Assembly: GCA_965116925.1 (NCBI GenBank)
Contig: OZ220744.1
Location: 2,496,001-2,560,000, forward strand
DNA: 64,000 nt
From: Candidatus Poribacteria bacterium
GTDB taxonomy: Bacteria; Poribacteria; WGA-4E; PCPOR2b
Reading direction: 5' to 3'
The stretch's first letter is position 1. Each line of letters opens with the position of its first letter. Below are positions 1 through 10,452 of the stretch, in pieces. A program made the position numbers and the translations under genes. The notes beneath the pieces are model-generated. The model searched no databases. It was not told where the DNA came from and saw only the letters and a program-made list of their open reading frames with translations.

Positions 1-30
1 CGCAAGCTGTTACCGTCAAAAGGAAAAACG

Positions 31-1230
31 ATGAGACTCCTCGAACATCAAAGCAAAAAATTGCTCTCTAATTTCGGCTTGGTCTTTACAGAATCGACGC
101 TGATCGAGTCAATGGGTGAGGTGCGAGCAACCGTTGAGCGTCTTGGACTGCCTGTTGTTCTCAAGGCGCAGACCCCTTTCGGTGGGCGGGGAAACATCGG
201 GGCGGTGAGGTTTGCGGAGAGCGTGGATCAAGCCGTCGTTGCGGCAGAGGCTTTGTTCGGGATGGACGTGCGCGGCACAACCGTTGAGCTCATTTCGATT
301 GAACCGAGACTAAACTATAATTGCGAGTTTTACGTTGGTATCACATGGAATACGGTCGCAAAGCTGCCGATAGCCTTGTTGAGTCTCGCCGGTGGCGTGG
401 ACGTTGAATCCTCTCAGATCGATCAGGTCGCCCGTCAACCGTTCGATCCGTGGACGGGACTCGCACCCTATAAGGCGCGGGAGATGGCTGCCGAAGTTGG
501 CTTGACGGGCAAGCCCCTCGTGGGAGTCAGGGAGGTCCTCACCAAGTTGTCGGAAGCGTTTCTCGCCTGCGATGCGGTTACAATGGAGATCAATCCGTTG
601 GTCGTTATTGAGGCCGAGACACTTATCGGGCTTGATGCGCGAGTGGAAATTGAGGAGGAGGCGGTGTATCGGCAAAAGGAGCGATTGGAGCCGTTAGGTG
701 AGTTGACGATGACCGCGGCGGGGCGTCCGCCTACCCCGTTGGAGGTTGAGGCACAACGTATTGATGCGACAGACCATCGGGGTGTTGCCGGACGGGTTGT
801 AGAATTTGACGGCGATCTGGCATTGCTGATCGGTGGTGGAGGGGCAAGTCTGACCGTTTTCGACGCTATCAAGGCGCATAGCGGGAGTCCTGCGAACTAT
901 TGCGAGGTGGGAGGCAACCCAACCGAGGAGAAGATTGCCGCCATAACGTCACTCCTGCTATCGAAGCCGGGCGTTAAGGGGATGGCGGTCATCATGAATG
1001 TGGTGAACAATACCCGTGCGGATGTCGTCGCTCGCGGTGTCCTTATGGGTGTTGAGGCTGCGGGCAAGACTCCTGCGGAGGCAATCAGTCTCTTTCGCGT
1101 CCCCGGCAACTGGGAGGGGGAAGCACGAGGGATAATGGAGGCAGCTGGTGTGGAAGTGTATGGACGTGAGGTGTCGTTAGATGCGGCGGCTCGGTTGGCT
1201 GTGGAAAGGAATCGCACCCATGCTGCTTGA
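31..1230 (+). CDS. sucC: Succinyl-CoA synthetase beta-like ATP-grasp acyl-CoA ligase subunit (divergent)
   Basis: MRLLEHQSK N-terminus, VVLKAQ..GGRG..G ATP-grasp motif, EINPL, ANYCEVGGNP; overlaps the downstream alpha subunit. Confidence 0.75.
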   Translation: MRLLEHQSKKLLSNFGLVFTESTLIESMGEVRATVERLGLPVVLKAQTPFGGRGNIGAVRFAESVDQAVVAAEALFGMDVRGTTVELISIEPRLNYNCEFYVGITWNTVAKLPIALLSLAGGVDVESSQIDQVARQPFDPWTGLAPYKAREMAAEVGLTGKPLVGVREVLTKLSEAFLACDAVTMEINPLVVIEAETLIGLDARVEIEEEAVYRQKERLEPLGELTMTAAGRPPTPLEVEAQRIDATDHRGVAGRVVEFDGDLALLIGGGGASLTVFDAIKAHSGSPANYCEVGGNPTEEKIAAITSLLLSKPGVKGMAVIMNVVNNTRADVVARGVLMGVEAAGKTPAEAISLFRVPGNWEGEARGIMEAAGVEVYGREVSLDAAARLAVERNRTHAA

Positions 1231-2107
1231 CCCGAAGGAAGGCATCCTTGTTCAGGGGATCACCGGCAGAGAGGCGAGTCGTATGGTCGAGGACTCACTC
1301 GCTTACGGGAGTAACATCGTCGCTGGTGTGACGCCCGGCAAGGGAGGGCAGCGCGTTCATGGGATACCCGTCTACGATACAGTCGCAGCGGTGGTTGAGA
1401 AACACCGGGCGACTATCAGCATTATTTCTGTGCCTCCGCCGGCAGTACTTGATGCAGCACTAGAGTCCTTCGATGCCGGTGTGCAGCTCTGTCTGATTAT
1501 GACTGAGCGAGTGCCGCAGTTGGACACCAGTAAATTGCTGGTCGCCGCCCGTCGCGCTGGTTGCACCGTTATCGGTCCCAACTCGCTTGGGTTGATCCGT
1601 CCGGGGGTTACCAAGCTCGGCACGATCGGTGGGCGCGTGGACAATGTGAAGCGTTCGTTTAAGCCGGGGCGTGTCGCCGTGCTTTCTCGTAGTGGTGGGA
1701 TGACCTCCGAGATTGCTAGCTATTTAACGAGCCGTGGGATTGGGCAGAGTATCGCCATCGGCGTGGGCGGAGATGCGATCGTCGGTTCTAACTTCACGGA
1801 ACTGATCGAACTCCTCGAAGATGATCCCGCCACCGATGCTGTGGTCATCTACGGCGAGCCGGGCGGGGCTGCGGAGGAACAACTCGCAGCGCGGCTAAAG
1901 CAGCAGCCTTCCCGCCTCCGGATAGTTGCCTTTTTGTCGGGCAGGTTTGTCGACGACCTTGAGGGGGTGCGGTTCGGTCATGCCGGGGTGATTGTCGAAG
2001 GCGGCCGCGGCTCGGTGCGTGGGAAGGTACAAGCATTGCGTGAAGCGAGGGTATTTGTCGCAGAGACGTTTGAAGATATTTTGGAAGAGCTTAAACGTGA
2101 TTCGTAA
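1220..2107 (+). CDS. sucD: Succinyl-CoA synthetase alpha-like subunit
   Basis: VQGITG, GVTPGKGG, GPNSLG, SRSGG, GVGGD and phospho-His motif FGHAG; ATG 1220 follows AAAGGA. Confidence 0.8.
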   Translation: MLLDPKEGILVQGITGREASRMVEDSLAYGSNIVAGVTPGKGGQRVHGIPVYDTVAAVVEKHRATISIISVPPPAVLDAALESFDAGVQLCLIMTERVPQLDTSKLLVAARRAGCTVIGPNSLGLIRPGVTKLGTIGGRVDNVKRSFKPGRVAVLSRSGGMTSEIASYLTSRGIGQSIAIGVGGDAIVGSNFTELIELLEDDPATDAVVIYGEPGGAAEEQLAARLKQQPSRLRIVAFLSGRFVDDLEGVRFGHAGVIVEGGRGSVRGKVQALREARVFVAETFEDILEELKRDS

Positions 2108-2196
2108 GTCGGTTCATTAGCGCATTGGTTTATTAATGAACGAATGAACGAGTGGACGAATGATTTTTTTTATTGAACGAATGAACGAGTGAACGA

Positions 2197-4494
2197 ATGA
2201 ACGCTTGGTACAGTATTAAAGGATTGGCTCGGAATCTATTTTGCCTTCTTCTATTTGCATTATCCATATATTCTCCGGCTGCACACTCCGAGCAATTCAT
2301 TGCGGAAAATGGGGAGATCCGTGGCACTGTCTATGGTAATGAAACGGGCGATCCACTTGCAAATGCTACGGTCCGATTGGTCGATATTGAGCAAAGTACT
2401 GTGACCGATGAGAATGGTGAATTTCGATTCGAGGATCTGCCAGCCAGCGATTATACGTTGAATGTGATCGCCATCGGTTACCGCCTCCTTGAGGAGGACA
2501 ACGTCGCCATGGTGAAGGCAGGCGAAATCACTGAAGTCGAAATTTCTCTTGCCCCCGTTACTGTAACCTTGGAGGGGATTGAGGTTAAATCGAGTTCGAT
2601 GCGAGCCACTGTCGGCAGGCAGACTGTGGGAGTTATGGAAATTCGGCGGATCCCCGGCAGTGCGGGAGACGCACTCCGAGCACTTCAAGCCTTGCCGGGG
2701 ATTGGTGCTGCCAGCGATTTTGACGGTCAACTCTATATTCGCGGCGGTGCCCCTGAGGACAACCGCTTCTATCTGGATCGTGCGCCACTCTTTTATCCTT
2801 ATCATTTTGGTGGACTGGTTTCTACAGTAAACTCAGAGATACTGAACAGGATTGATGTCTACGCGGGCGGATTCGGTGCGGAGTTTGGTGCGGACGCCCA
2901 AGCGGTAATCGACATCTATTCGCGGCGTGGCAGAGAAGATCGGATGGGCGGTAAGTTTAACATAAACCTCCTCTACTCGGAGGGGCTGCTTGAAGGACCG
3001 ATTGGGAGCCGCGGATCGTGGTATCTCGCAGGACGGCGGAGCTACATTGACCTTTTGCCGATAGAGGTTACGCGGATTACGGCGTTCCCACGATTCTGGG
3101 ATTATCAGGCGAAGGTCAGCTATGATTTCTCTGAAAATCATCAACTCAACGTTAAGACGTTCGCCGCAGATGATGTCATGGGGTTTAAGTTGGGGTTGGC
3201 AGATGTGGAGTATGATCCGACGCTCGCAGGACGGTTCGACCTCGAAAGTCGTTTTAATGTCCAAGCGGTAGATCTCAGATCCACACTGACAGACCGCCTC
3301 ACCTCACACATCTCAATCTCGCGTGCGAGTTATCTCCAAGCCTTTAGCTTTGGTCAGGGGCTTTTTCTGGAATTGGAGCCGGTCCAGTACGAACTCCGTG
3401 AGGATATCGTCTATCGTTTGAATCCGACAGATCAACTTGAATCAGGGTTGCTTGTTTCAACAACACAGTGGAATGGCTCTGCCAACTTCCCGCGCCTCCC
3501 CGATGAGGGGGATCCGACAGCGAGCGAGTCTCAGTACTTTACCTTTGAAGAGAAAATTGCTGTAGACTTTGATCAAAGGTTCAATTTTATTGAGGGGTAT
3601 CTCCAGAATCGGTATGACCCTTATGAGTTCTTATCCCTTACACTGGGACTGCGCTTGGACTATTTTAACCTCACCGATCGGGTCTCCGTTGGACCGAGGG
3701 GCAGCGTTCAATTCAATATGCCGGGCGGTTCAGAGCTCCGGTTTGCTTACGGTAGATACGAGATTAGTCCCTATCCGTGGCAAATTGCACAAGGATTCGG
3801 AAATCCCAATCTGAAGGAGAATACCGCGGATCACTATATTATGGAATTGGAACGGGAAATCAGTCCACAAACACGGTTCAAGGTTGCGGGTTATCAGAAG
3901 AATTTTAGAGACCTAATTACACGCGACCAAAGGGAAGGAGATATTGATCGGGTATATCTTAACCAAGGACAGGGGTATGCGCGCGGCATTGAGATTTCCG
4001 TCAAACATCGCGCTGGAGATCGGTTTTTCAGTTGGGCGAACTATACCTACTCGGTTTCCAAACGCGAAGACCGTCCCGGTGAGATGGAGCGGCTTTACTC
4101 GTTTGATCAGCCCCACGTTGCAACCGTCACAGCGAGCTATATGCTCACACCGACATGGGAAATTGGTGCGAAGTGGCAGTATCGCACCGGCAATCCGTAC
4201 ACGCCGGTGATTGATGCAGAGATCGTGCCGCACCCTGAGACGGGTCGGCCTCGTTACAACCCTATCTACGGTGAAACCAATTCGGTACGGGTGCCGCCGT
4301 TCCACCGGTTAGATCTTCGTATCAGCAAGTCGTTCATCTATCAGCGTTGGCGATGGGGGATTTTCCTTGAATTGCTCAATGTGTATAATCGCAAAAATGT
4401 GTTGGATGTTGATTACAGTAGGGACTACGAGACGGAGCAGAACGTCCACCAATTACCGTTGCTACCGTATGGGGGAGTGACGGTTGAGTTTTAG
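2197..4494 (+). CDS. TonB-dependent outer-membrane receptor with N-terminal carboxypeptidase-regulatory-like domain
   Basis: Signal peptide, IRGTVY..ETGDPL.NATV domain, plug LYIRGG...N.FYLD, C-terminal NVYNRKN...F. Confidence 0.88.
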   Translation: MNAWYSIKGLARNLFCLLLFALSIYSPAAHSEQFIAENGEIRGTVYGNETGDPLANATVRLVDIEQSTVTDENGEFRFEDLPASDYTLNVIAIGYRLLEEDNVAMVKAGEITEVEISLAPVTVTLEGIEVKSSSMRATVGRQTVGVMEIRRIPGSAGDALRALQALPGIGAASDFDGQLYIRGGAPEDNRFYLDRAPLFYPYHFGGLVSTVNSEILNRIDVYAGGFGAEFGADAQAVIDIYSRRGREDRMGGKFNINLLYSEGLLEGPIGSRGSWYLAGRRSYIDLLPIEVTRITAFPRFWDYQAKVSYDFSENHQLNVKTFAADDVMGFKLGLADVEYDPTLAGRFDLESRFNVQAVDLRSTLTDRLTSHISISRASYLQAFSFGQGLFLELEPVQYELREDIVYRLNPTDQLESGLLVSTTQWNGSANFPRLPDEGDPTASESQYFTFEEKIAVDFDQRFNFIEGYLQNRYDPYEFLSLTLGLRLDYFNLTDRVSVGPRGSVQFNMPGGSELRFAYGRYEISPYPWQIAQGFGNPNLKENTADHYIMELEREISPQTRFKVAGYQKNFRDLITRDQREGDIDRVYLNQGQGYARGIEISVKHRAGDRFFSWANYTYSVSKREDRPGEMERLYSFDQPHVATVTASYMLTPTWEIGAKWQYRTGNPYTPVIDAEIVPHPETGRPRYNPIYGETNSVRVPPFHRLDLRISKSFIYQRWRWGIFLELLNVYNRKNVLDVDYSRDYETEQNVHQLPLLPYGGVTVEF

Positions 4495-4874
4495 GGGAAT
4501 GAGAATGATGCGTGAAACGTGAAGCGTGAGAATGGCGAGTTGGTAACGTCTTCTGATGATAGTAACCAATGGTGCTAGTTTGCAGCTGTTGATAACCTGA
4601 AGCGTGAAATGCTGTTCTCCCAATAATTGAGAACGAGTCGGGATGTGAAAATCATTGGTTCACCGGTTCATTTAGCCCCAGAGGGGCGACATGTTTATAG
4701 TACATGGATAGATAAATTCCCCAAAGCCCCACCGGGGCGACATGTGTATCCAGAGGGGGAACTAGCACCAAAGGTTAATACGTAATGCGTATAAGTAAGG
4801 ATAAACGGAACGCAGATCTGCGTTCTCTACGCATACATTTCGTTGCGCGGGGGCGTTGGATTATTGGATAAGGT

Positions 4875-4909
4875 GTCGGGTTTCACAGTTCTTGTTCAAC
4901 CCAACCTAC
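4875..4909. repeat. REP family A (GTAGGTTGGGTTGAAC-loop-GAAACCCAAC); other copies at 12962-12996, 13584-13684, 13813-13914, 23848-23880, 33328-34747 (IS-interrupted), 54607-54639, 63408-63442
   Basis: Recurrent imperfect palindrome with GTAG foot, always intergenic. Confidence 0.85.
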
Positions 4910-5056
4910 GATATAATATACATATCGGGTCAGGCAAGTCGCTTTGGATCCCGATCTTATCGGGGAGGCCCGACCTACGGATGGTGTGCAAGAACGGAAC
5001 GTTAGGGTCCTTGACGGGCGGGGAAATAAGGTTTGTGAACGGTATTCTGAAACCGT

Positions 5057-5983
5057 TCACAGCGTCTTCAGGTTCGCTACGGTTTCTGCATCTAGACCGT
5101 CCATTTCAACCGCAGATAGGTTCTCAGTCACTTCAGCCGGACTCTTCATTCCTACAACTGCGGCACTGATCCGTGGTTCTGACAAGACAAACTGCACCGC
5201 CAACCGTCGTAACACCACAAGGTCATCGCCCACAAACTCTCGCAACTTCTCAAGCCGATTCAGGACGAAATCTCGTCGTGCCTCCGTCCAATCCCAAGCC
5301 CATAATAGCCCGTTTTCCACCCGTTGTAGCACCAGTTCCAGTGGAAGCGACAGGAAGCCCTGATAAAACACGCCGCCCATCGTTACGCCGACGTTGTGAA
5401 TTTCCGCCTCCGGCAGCAACGCTTCTGCTGCACTCCAATCCAGAAGGTTAAAACGGTTAAAACTGAGGACCGCATCAAATTCCCCGGTTTGCACCGCCGC
5501 GGTAACCTCGGCAAGCCGACCACTCACGCCGATGAATCGGACACGCCCCTCCCGCTGTAGTTGCCGAAAGCCGTCCACCATTCCGCCGCGTTGGAGAATT
5601 GCCTCGACTGCGTCTACACCCTCGCCAAGATGTTGGATATCATGTGCAAGCAGCACATCTACATAAGAACGTCGCAACGCTGCCAAGCTCTCCTCGACGC
5701 CTGCGATGGTTTCTACTGCTGTCGATCTTTGGCGGGGGGAAAGTTTTGTACAGATGATATAATCGTTTGTGGTTCCTGCCAATGCCTTTCCGATAATCTC
5801 TTCGCTCGGTCCGTAGTGGCGTGACGTGTCAATATAGTTGACTCCATTTTCGAGTGCGGTGTGAATTGCGGCGATGGCATCTGCTTCATTGAAGAGACCG
5901 TGGCTGGTGCCTGCGAAGACTGCCCCACCTATTCCAATCTCTGACACCTCAAGGCCAGTCCGTCCCAACCGCCGGTAGTGCAT
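5057..5983 (-). CDS. Aldo/keto reductase
   Basis: YRRLGRTGLEVSEIG.G, IDTSRHYG.SE, RFIGVSG. Confidence 0.9.
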   Translation of the reverse strand: MHYRRLGRTGLEVSEIGIGGAVFAGTSHGLFNEADAIAAIHTALENGVNYIDTSRHYGPSEEIIGKALAGTTNDYIICTKLSPRQRSTAVETIAGVEESLAALRRSYVDVLLAHDIQHLGEGVDAVEAILQRGGMVDGFRQLQREGRVRFIGVSGRLAEVTAAVQTGEFDAVLSFNRFNLLDWSAAEALLPEAEIHNVGVTMGGVFYQGFLSLPLELVLQRVENGLLWAWDWTEARRDFVLNRLEKLREFVGDDLVVLRRLAVQFVLSEPRISAAVVGMKSPAEVTENLSAVEMDGLDAETVANLKTL

Positions 5984-6077
5984 GGATTCATCTCCTCTAT
6001 TTTGGGAGGGTTCATAATTAGGCAGTCATGCGAAGAAACCGAGTTTTCTGAAAACACTCGGTTTCTCTGGTTCGCTT

Positions 6078-7112
6078 TTAGCGGATAAACACGCCGGCGC
6101 GCGCAGCGATGTCAATCGCCTTGCGTGCGTCTATCACCCGCGGACCATTGGGGTTAAATTGTAATCGAGCGGTCATGCCTTGTCGCAACTCAATTTCACG
6201 TTCGCCATCAAGGGCGAGCACACAGGGTGGTTGATGCTTGACGGTAACCGTTTCGCCCGGCCCCAAGGGGCGGGATTCCGCCAAACTTACTTCTTGGAGG
6301 AGACCCGGGGCGATGGGAGCCAGCACCGGCTGTCCGCCCGATCCCAGTCGAAGATACAGACCGTGTTCGGGAGAATCAATCCGATTCGGGGCGTGGGCAC
6401 CGATTGACGACAATCCAATGCTACCCGGCTCAACACGAGTTAAAACGAGCTCTTTTATTTTCGAGGCATCCCAAATGGCACGGGAGGCAACAAATCGTTC
6501 ATTATAGACAGCAACATCTACCAGCGCGATGTCATCTGGCGTTTCAGCGTTGCTAGAATCTTCCACCCGATAGCTCTCGTTGGGTTTGTCGCAAAAGATG
6601 TCCAGACAAGGTGCCCGCTGCACCGCCTCATCTGCTAGCCCGCAGGTTACCAAACCCGCTGCCATTCCAGCGATTGTGCCCTCCAACATTGTGGGAAAAA
6701 CGTTGTTAGTGCCGGTGGAGATGGGCATAAGGGGTACGTCACCGCACCCCTTGGCTATCGCGCGGTTGGTGCCGTCGCCGCCGAGCGTGACGATGCAGCC
6801 GACTCCCTCTGTACCCATAAGCGCAGCCGCTTGCGTTGAGTCTGTTTGGCTGAATGTTTTTAACATTGGTAAGATCGAAACATCGAGTTTCGTCTGTAAT
6901 CCATCAAGTGCCTTGGGACCGATGCTAAACGAGTCGGGCATCAAAAGCACGCACTTAACGCCTACTGCTTCAAGTCCTAGCAACACGCGGCGGACAATGT
7001 TGACCTTTTCGTCGTTGTTGAACACCGCACCGTGGGCGACGAGTCTGCGAATATCTCTGCCCGATGCTGGGTTTGCGATGATACCAACGCTGTTTGTGTT
7101 ATTTTTTGACAT
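6078..7112 (-). CDS. acoX: ATP-NAD/AcoX kinase family protein
   Basis: GIIANPASGRDIRRLV, LGGDGT, STGTNNVFP, ALDGERE. Confidence 0.75.
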   Translation of the reverse strand: MSKNNTNSVGIIANPASGRDIRRLVAHGAVFNNDEKVNIVRRVLLGLEAVGVKCVLLMPDSFSIGPKALDGLQTKLDVSILPMLKTFSQTDSTQAAALMGTEGVGCIVTLGGDGTNRAIAKGCGDVPLMPISTGTNNVFPTMLEGTIAGMAAGLVTCGLADEAVQRAPCLDIFCDKPNESYRVEDSSNAETPDDIALVDVAVYNERFVASRAIWDASKIKELVLTRVEPGSIGLSSIGAHAPNRIDSPEHGLYLRLGSGGQPVLAPIAPGLLQEVSLAESRPLGPGETVTVKHQPPCVLALDGEREIELRQGMTARLQFNPNGPRVIDARKAIDIAARAGVFIR

Positions 7113-7372
7113 ATTGGAAAGATTAGTAGAGGAGTCATTTGCACCTATGCGGCACTGGGAAGTGTTTTTTGGGGCACTTTGGGGTACAATAATTATGACG
7201 GAGATTATATCATAATTTCATTATGTTGTGTGCTTATTTTTTTCGTATAGTTTTTGCCCAAACTTTTTAGTTTAATTTCTGGGGTAACCGTGCTACAATC
7301 TTGACAATTGTTGGAGCACGTCCATCCATTTACAGATCCCCATCTCTGTACTCGAATTCAGGAGACCATATC

Positions 7373-8500
7373 GTGACCGTATCTGTGTGGCAAGAAGTAC
7401 CTGATCCCATTCAGGTGGAACATGACGATGTCGTTATCGGAGCCGGCATCGTGGGTGCTTACACCGCGACTCTACTTCGTGAACGAGGGCGTGACGTTGC
7501 ACTGGTGGATGCACGCTTTCCAGCCGCTGGTGCTTCCGGTCGAAACGCTGGATTTGTTTTAACGGGACAGCGCGAGCCGTATCCGGTTCTCATTGAGCAG
7601 GTAGGACGGGAAGCTGCCCGTGAAATCCTGACCATGGTGCGTGAGAACGTACTTCAAATGCGCTCGCTAGCGGAACGATTCGATGTCCCACTTGAGGATG
7701 GCGCAGCCCATCTCGCTGAGACCCACGCCGAAGCCCGTGAATTGGAGAGTTGGGCTCGCGCACTTGAAGCTGATGGTGCGACAGTTGACTTCTCGTACAG
7801 CGATCCCTACGGATCATCGGGGTACCTTGCGATGATGCAGGTCGAAAACGACTTTATGGTGCAGCCTGCGCGGCTAACGGAAGCCATTGCTGCCACCTCC
7901 GGTGCCACCCTTTATGACCACAACGAAGTCTACGATATTGAATCGGAGGGGGAAAATCTGCTTGTCCGTGGACGTCGAGCCCATATCCGCTGTCGTAAAG
8001 TCTATGTTGCCACTAACGGCTACGGCTGTGATCTGCACCCATATATGCGCAGTATCGTGCGGCCCGTGCGGGGACAGGTAACGGTGACAAAGCCGGTGGA
8101 ACGTTTAATTAACATTGCGGGCATCACCGAGAACCACTATTTCCGTCAGTTTCCGGATGGACGTCTGTTCATTGGGGGTGCGCGGGCGTTTTTCGAGGCG
8201 CAGGAGTACACCGCCGAAGATGCTATAACGCCGGACTTGCATGTGAACTTAGTGAACTATCTGCGTCTATGGTTCCCGGACGTTGAGTTTGAAGTAGAAC
8301 GGCAGTGGGCGGGTATTCACGGTTTCACGCCTGACCGTCGTGTGGCTGTTGGGAACTTCCCGGACGAGGAACGCATCGTTTTTGCAGTGGGATTCAGTGG
8401 GTACGGCAACTCGATCGGTCTTGTCGCCGCCGAGCGCATGGTAGCGTTGGCACTGGAGGGGCGTGACCCCGGACCGCTCTCCGCCATTCGCTTTGTTTAG
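7373..8500 (+). CDS. FAD-dependent oxidoreductase (DAO / gamma-glutamylputrescine oxidase-like)
   Basis: VIGAGIVG, GASGRNAG, ATNGY, GFSGYG; GTG 7373 follows AGGAG. Confidence 0.85.
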   Translation: MTVSVWQEVPDPIQVEHDDVVIGAGIVGAYTATLLRERGRDVALVDARFPAAGASGRNAGFVLTGQREPYPVLIEQVGREAAREILTMVRENVLQMRSLAERFDVPLEDGAAHLAETHAEARELESWARALEADGATVDFSYSDPYGSSGYLAMMQVENDFMVQPARLTEAIAATSGATLYDHNEVYDIESEGENLLVRGRRAHIRCRKVYVATNGYGCDLHPYMRSIVRPVRGQVTVTKPVERLINIAGITENHYFRQFPDGRLFIGGARAFFEAQEYTAEDAITPDLHVNLVNYLRLWFPDVEFEVERQWAGIHGFTPDRRVAVGNFPDEERIVFAVGFSGYGNSIGLVAAERMVALALEGRDPGPLSAIRFV

Positions 8501-8583
8501 TTCATTAATTTATTGGTTCATTATTCTAGTTTTTGCCTCCCTTCAACCGCAGAGACACAGAGGACGCAGAGCAGAAATTATTA

Positions 8584-8659
8584 CACATTGCGCTCCGCTG
8601 GAGCGCAGTCGTTGGATGTATCGGAATTCTATAGACATTGCGCTCCGCTGGAGCGAAGG
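8584..8659. repeat. Double-hairpin repeat family D (GCTCC[G/T]CTGGAGC - spacer - CTATAGACAT - GCTCC[G/T]CTGGAGC); copies at 37266-37340, 48066-48142, 63073-63262 (interrupted); related variants at 4674-4749, 23712-23738, 28930-28950
   Basis: Direct comparison of the copies. Confidence 0.8.
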
Positions 8660-8694
8660 TTTGATTATTGCACTTGTCGAGATTGTAGGAGGAA

Positions 8695-10452
8695 ATGTTG
8701 GTGCAAAGCCCAGATCGAGTTGATCCTATCACATTTGAAGTTATCCGCAATGCGCTGTTGGAAGCAACAGAGGAGATGACAATCGCGCTGCGGCGCAGTG
8801 CTTACTCAACCAACATAAAGACCCGCGCGGACTTTTCCTGCGCCTTTTTTGACCGCGAGTTGCGGTTAGTGGTGCAATCGTTCGGTCAGCCCACCCACTT
8901 GGGATCGTTAGTTGAGTTGGTTCCAAAAGCTGTTGCTGACTATGGGGTTGAAAACATCGGACCGGGCGATACGCTCGTGGTCAATGATCCGTATGGCGGC
9001 GGCGGTCACCTCAACGATATTACCCTCATCACCCCTGTCTACTACGACGATGAGCCGTTCGGTTATGTCGCCAATGTTGCTCATCACGTCGATGTAGGTG
9101 GTGGTGCGCCGGCGAGCGTCGGCGCATTCCGTGAGGTTTATCAAGAGGGGGTTATCATCCCGCCAGTGAAGTTAGTGCGTGGAGGCGAGATGCTACCCGA
9201 CATTTTTCGGTTGGTACTGTCGCAGATTCGGTCGAAGCGCGAGACGGGCGGTGACTTTCGGGCGCAGGTGGCGGCGAACACCACAGGAATGCGACGGTTG
9301 AGCGCGATTATGGATCGGATGGGTGCGGAGACCTTTTCTTTCTACATCAATGAACTCATCGCTTATGCTGAGCGACGCACGCGGGCAGAGGTCGCCAAGC
9401 TTCCCCACGGCATCTACACCGCCGACGGCTACGTTGACAACGATGGCTTTACCGATGAACCTGTACACCTTGTGGCGAAGATGGTGATTGACGATGACGG
9501 CGTTTTCTTTGATCTGACAGGCTGTGCCCCACAACGGCGAGCACCGGTAAACTCCACGTATGCTCAAACCTTCTCCGGCTGTGCCTACGTCCTGAAGTGC
9601 TTAATTGACCCCGACATACCGACAAACGCGGGTTTCTACGGATTTGTGCGTATGCTCGCTCCCGAAGGGACGGTGGTCAATAGCACACCGCCCGCCCCGG
9701 TCGTCGGAGGGTGGGAGACACAGACTCGGCTGATTGATGTAATGTTCAAGGCACTGTCGTCGGTTATGCCCGACCGGGTGCCAGCGGGCACGAAAGCGAT
9801 GATGTGTCATTCGGGTTTTGGTGGAACTGACCCACGCACGGGGGAGTATTACTGTTTTCTGGAGACAATGGCTGGGGGATTCGGGGGCCGGATCGCCAGT
9901 GACGGTCCCGACGCTGTGCAGACGCATGGACAGAACACCGAGAACGCGCCTATTGAGGAGACCGAAACAAACTATCCTGTGCGAATCACGCGCTACGAAC
10001 TGGTGGATGATTCTGATGGTGCGGGCAAGCATCGCGGTGGGCTAGGCTTACGCCGGGACTACGAATTTCTTGATCATGAACCGTCTTTCACGATCTTGGC
10101 GGATCGGGATCGGTGGGGACCGTGGGGACTGTTTGGTGGACAGCCGGGGCTCAAGGCGAGTTACATCTTGAACCCCGACACGGATCCCGTTGAACTCATT
10201 TCCAAAGTAACCGTCCAACTCAAGCCGGGGGAGATAATGAGTTATCGCACCTGCGGTGGTGGCGGCTACGGTCCGCCTGAAGAGCGTGATCCGAATTCGG
10301 TGTGCCGCGACGTGCGCGAGGGGAAGGTGAGCCTTGATAGGGCGAGGGAGGTTTATAGGGTCGCTGTCAATACCGAGACATGGAGCGTCGATGAGGCGGA
10401 GACCAAAAAACTGCGTTCCGATGGAGGGGAGGAGTCCGGGCATGGCACTTAA
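8695..10452 (+). CDS. Hydantoinase B / 5-oxoprolinase family subunit (copy 1)
   Basis: DPITFEVI, AYSTNIK, NDPY.GGGHLND, HHVDVGG, GGGGYGPP.ERD. Confidence 0.92.
   Translation: MLVQSPDRVDPITFEVIRNALLEATEEMTIALRRSAYSTNIKTRADFSCAFFDRELRLVVQSFGQPTHLGSLVELVPKAVADYGVENIGPGDTLVVNDPYGGGGHLNDITLITPVYYDDEPFGYVANVAHHVDVGGGAPASVGAFREVYQEGVIIPPVKLVRGGEMLPDIFRLVLSQIRSKRETGGDFRAQVAANTTGMRRLSAIMDRMGAETFSFYINELIAYAERRTRAEVAKLPHGIYTADGYVDNDGFTDEPVHLVAKMVIDDDGVFFDLTGCAPQRRAPVNSTYAQTFSGCAYVLKCLIDPDIPTNAGFYGFVRMLAPEGTVVNSTPPAPVVGGWETQTRLIDVMFKALSSVMPDRVPAGTKAMMCHSGFGGTDPRTGEYYCFLETMAGGFGGRIASDGPDAVQTHGQNTENAPIEETETNYPVRITRYELVDDSDGAGKHRGGLGLRRDYEFLDHEPSFTILADRDRWGPWGLFGGQPGLKASYILNPDTDPVELISKVTVQLKPGEIMSYRTCGGGGYGPPEERDPNSVCRDVREGKVSLDRAREVYRVAVNTETWSVDEAETKKLRSDGGEESGHGT

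Noticed and set aside
722..1335. Avoidance of the presumed GRCGYC restriction site
   Set aside because: Sites are readily found (GGCGTC at 722, GACGCC at 1330); depletion cannot be claimed without counting
8584..8659. Repeat-spacer-repeat units as mini-CRISPRs
   Set aside because: There are only two short hairpins per locus, the units are dispersed, spacers are partly homologous, and there is no leader or cas gene
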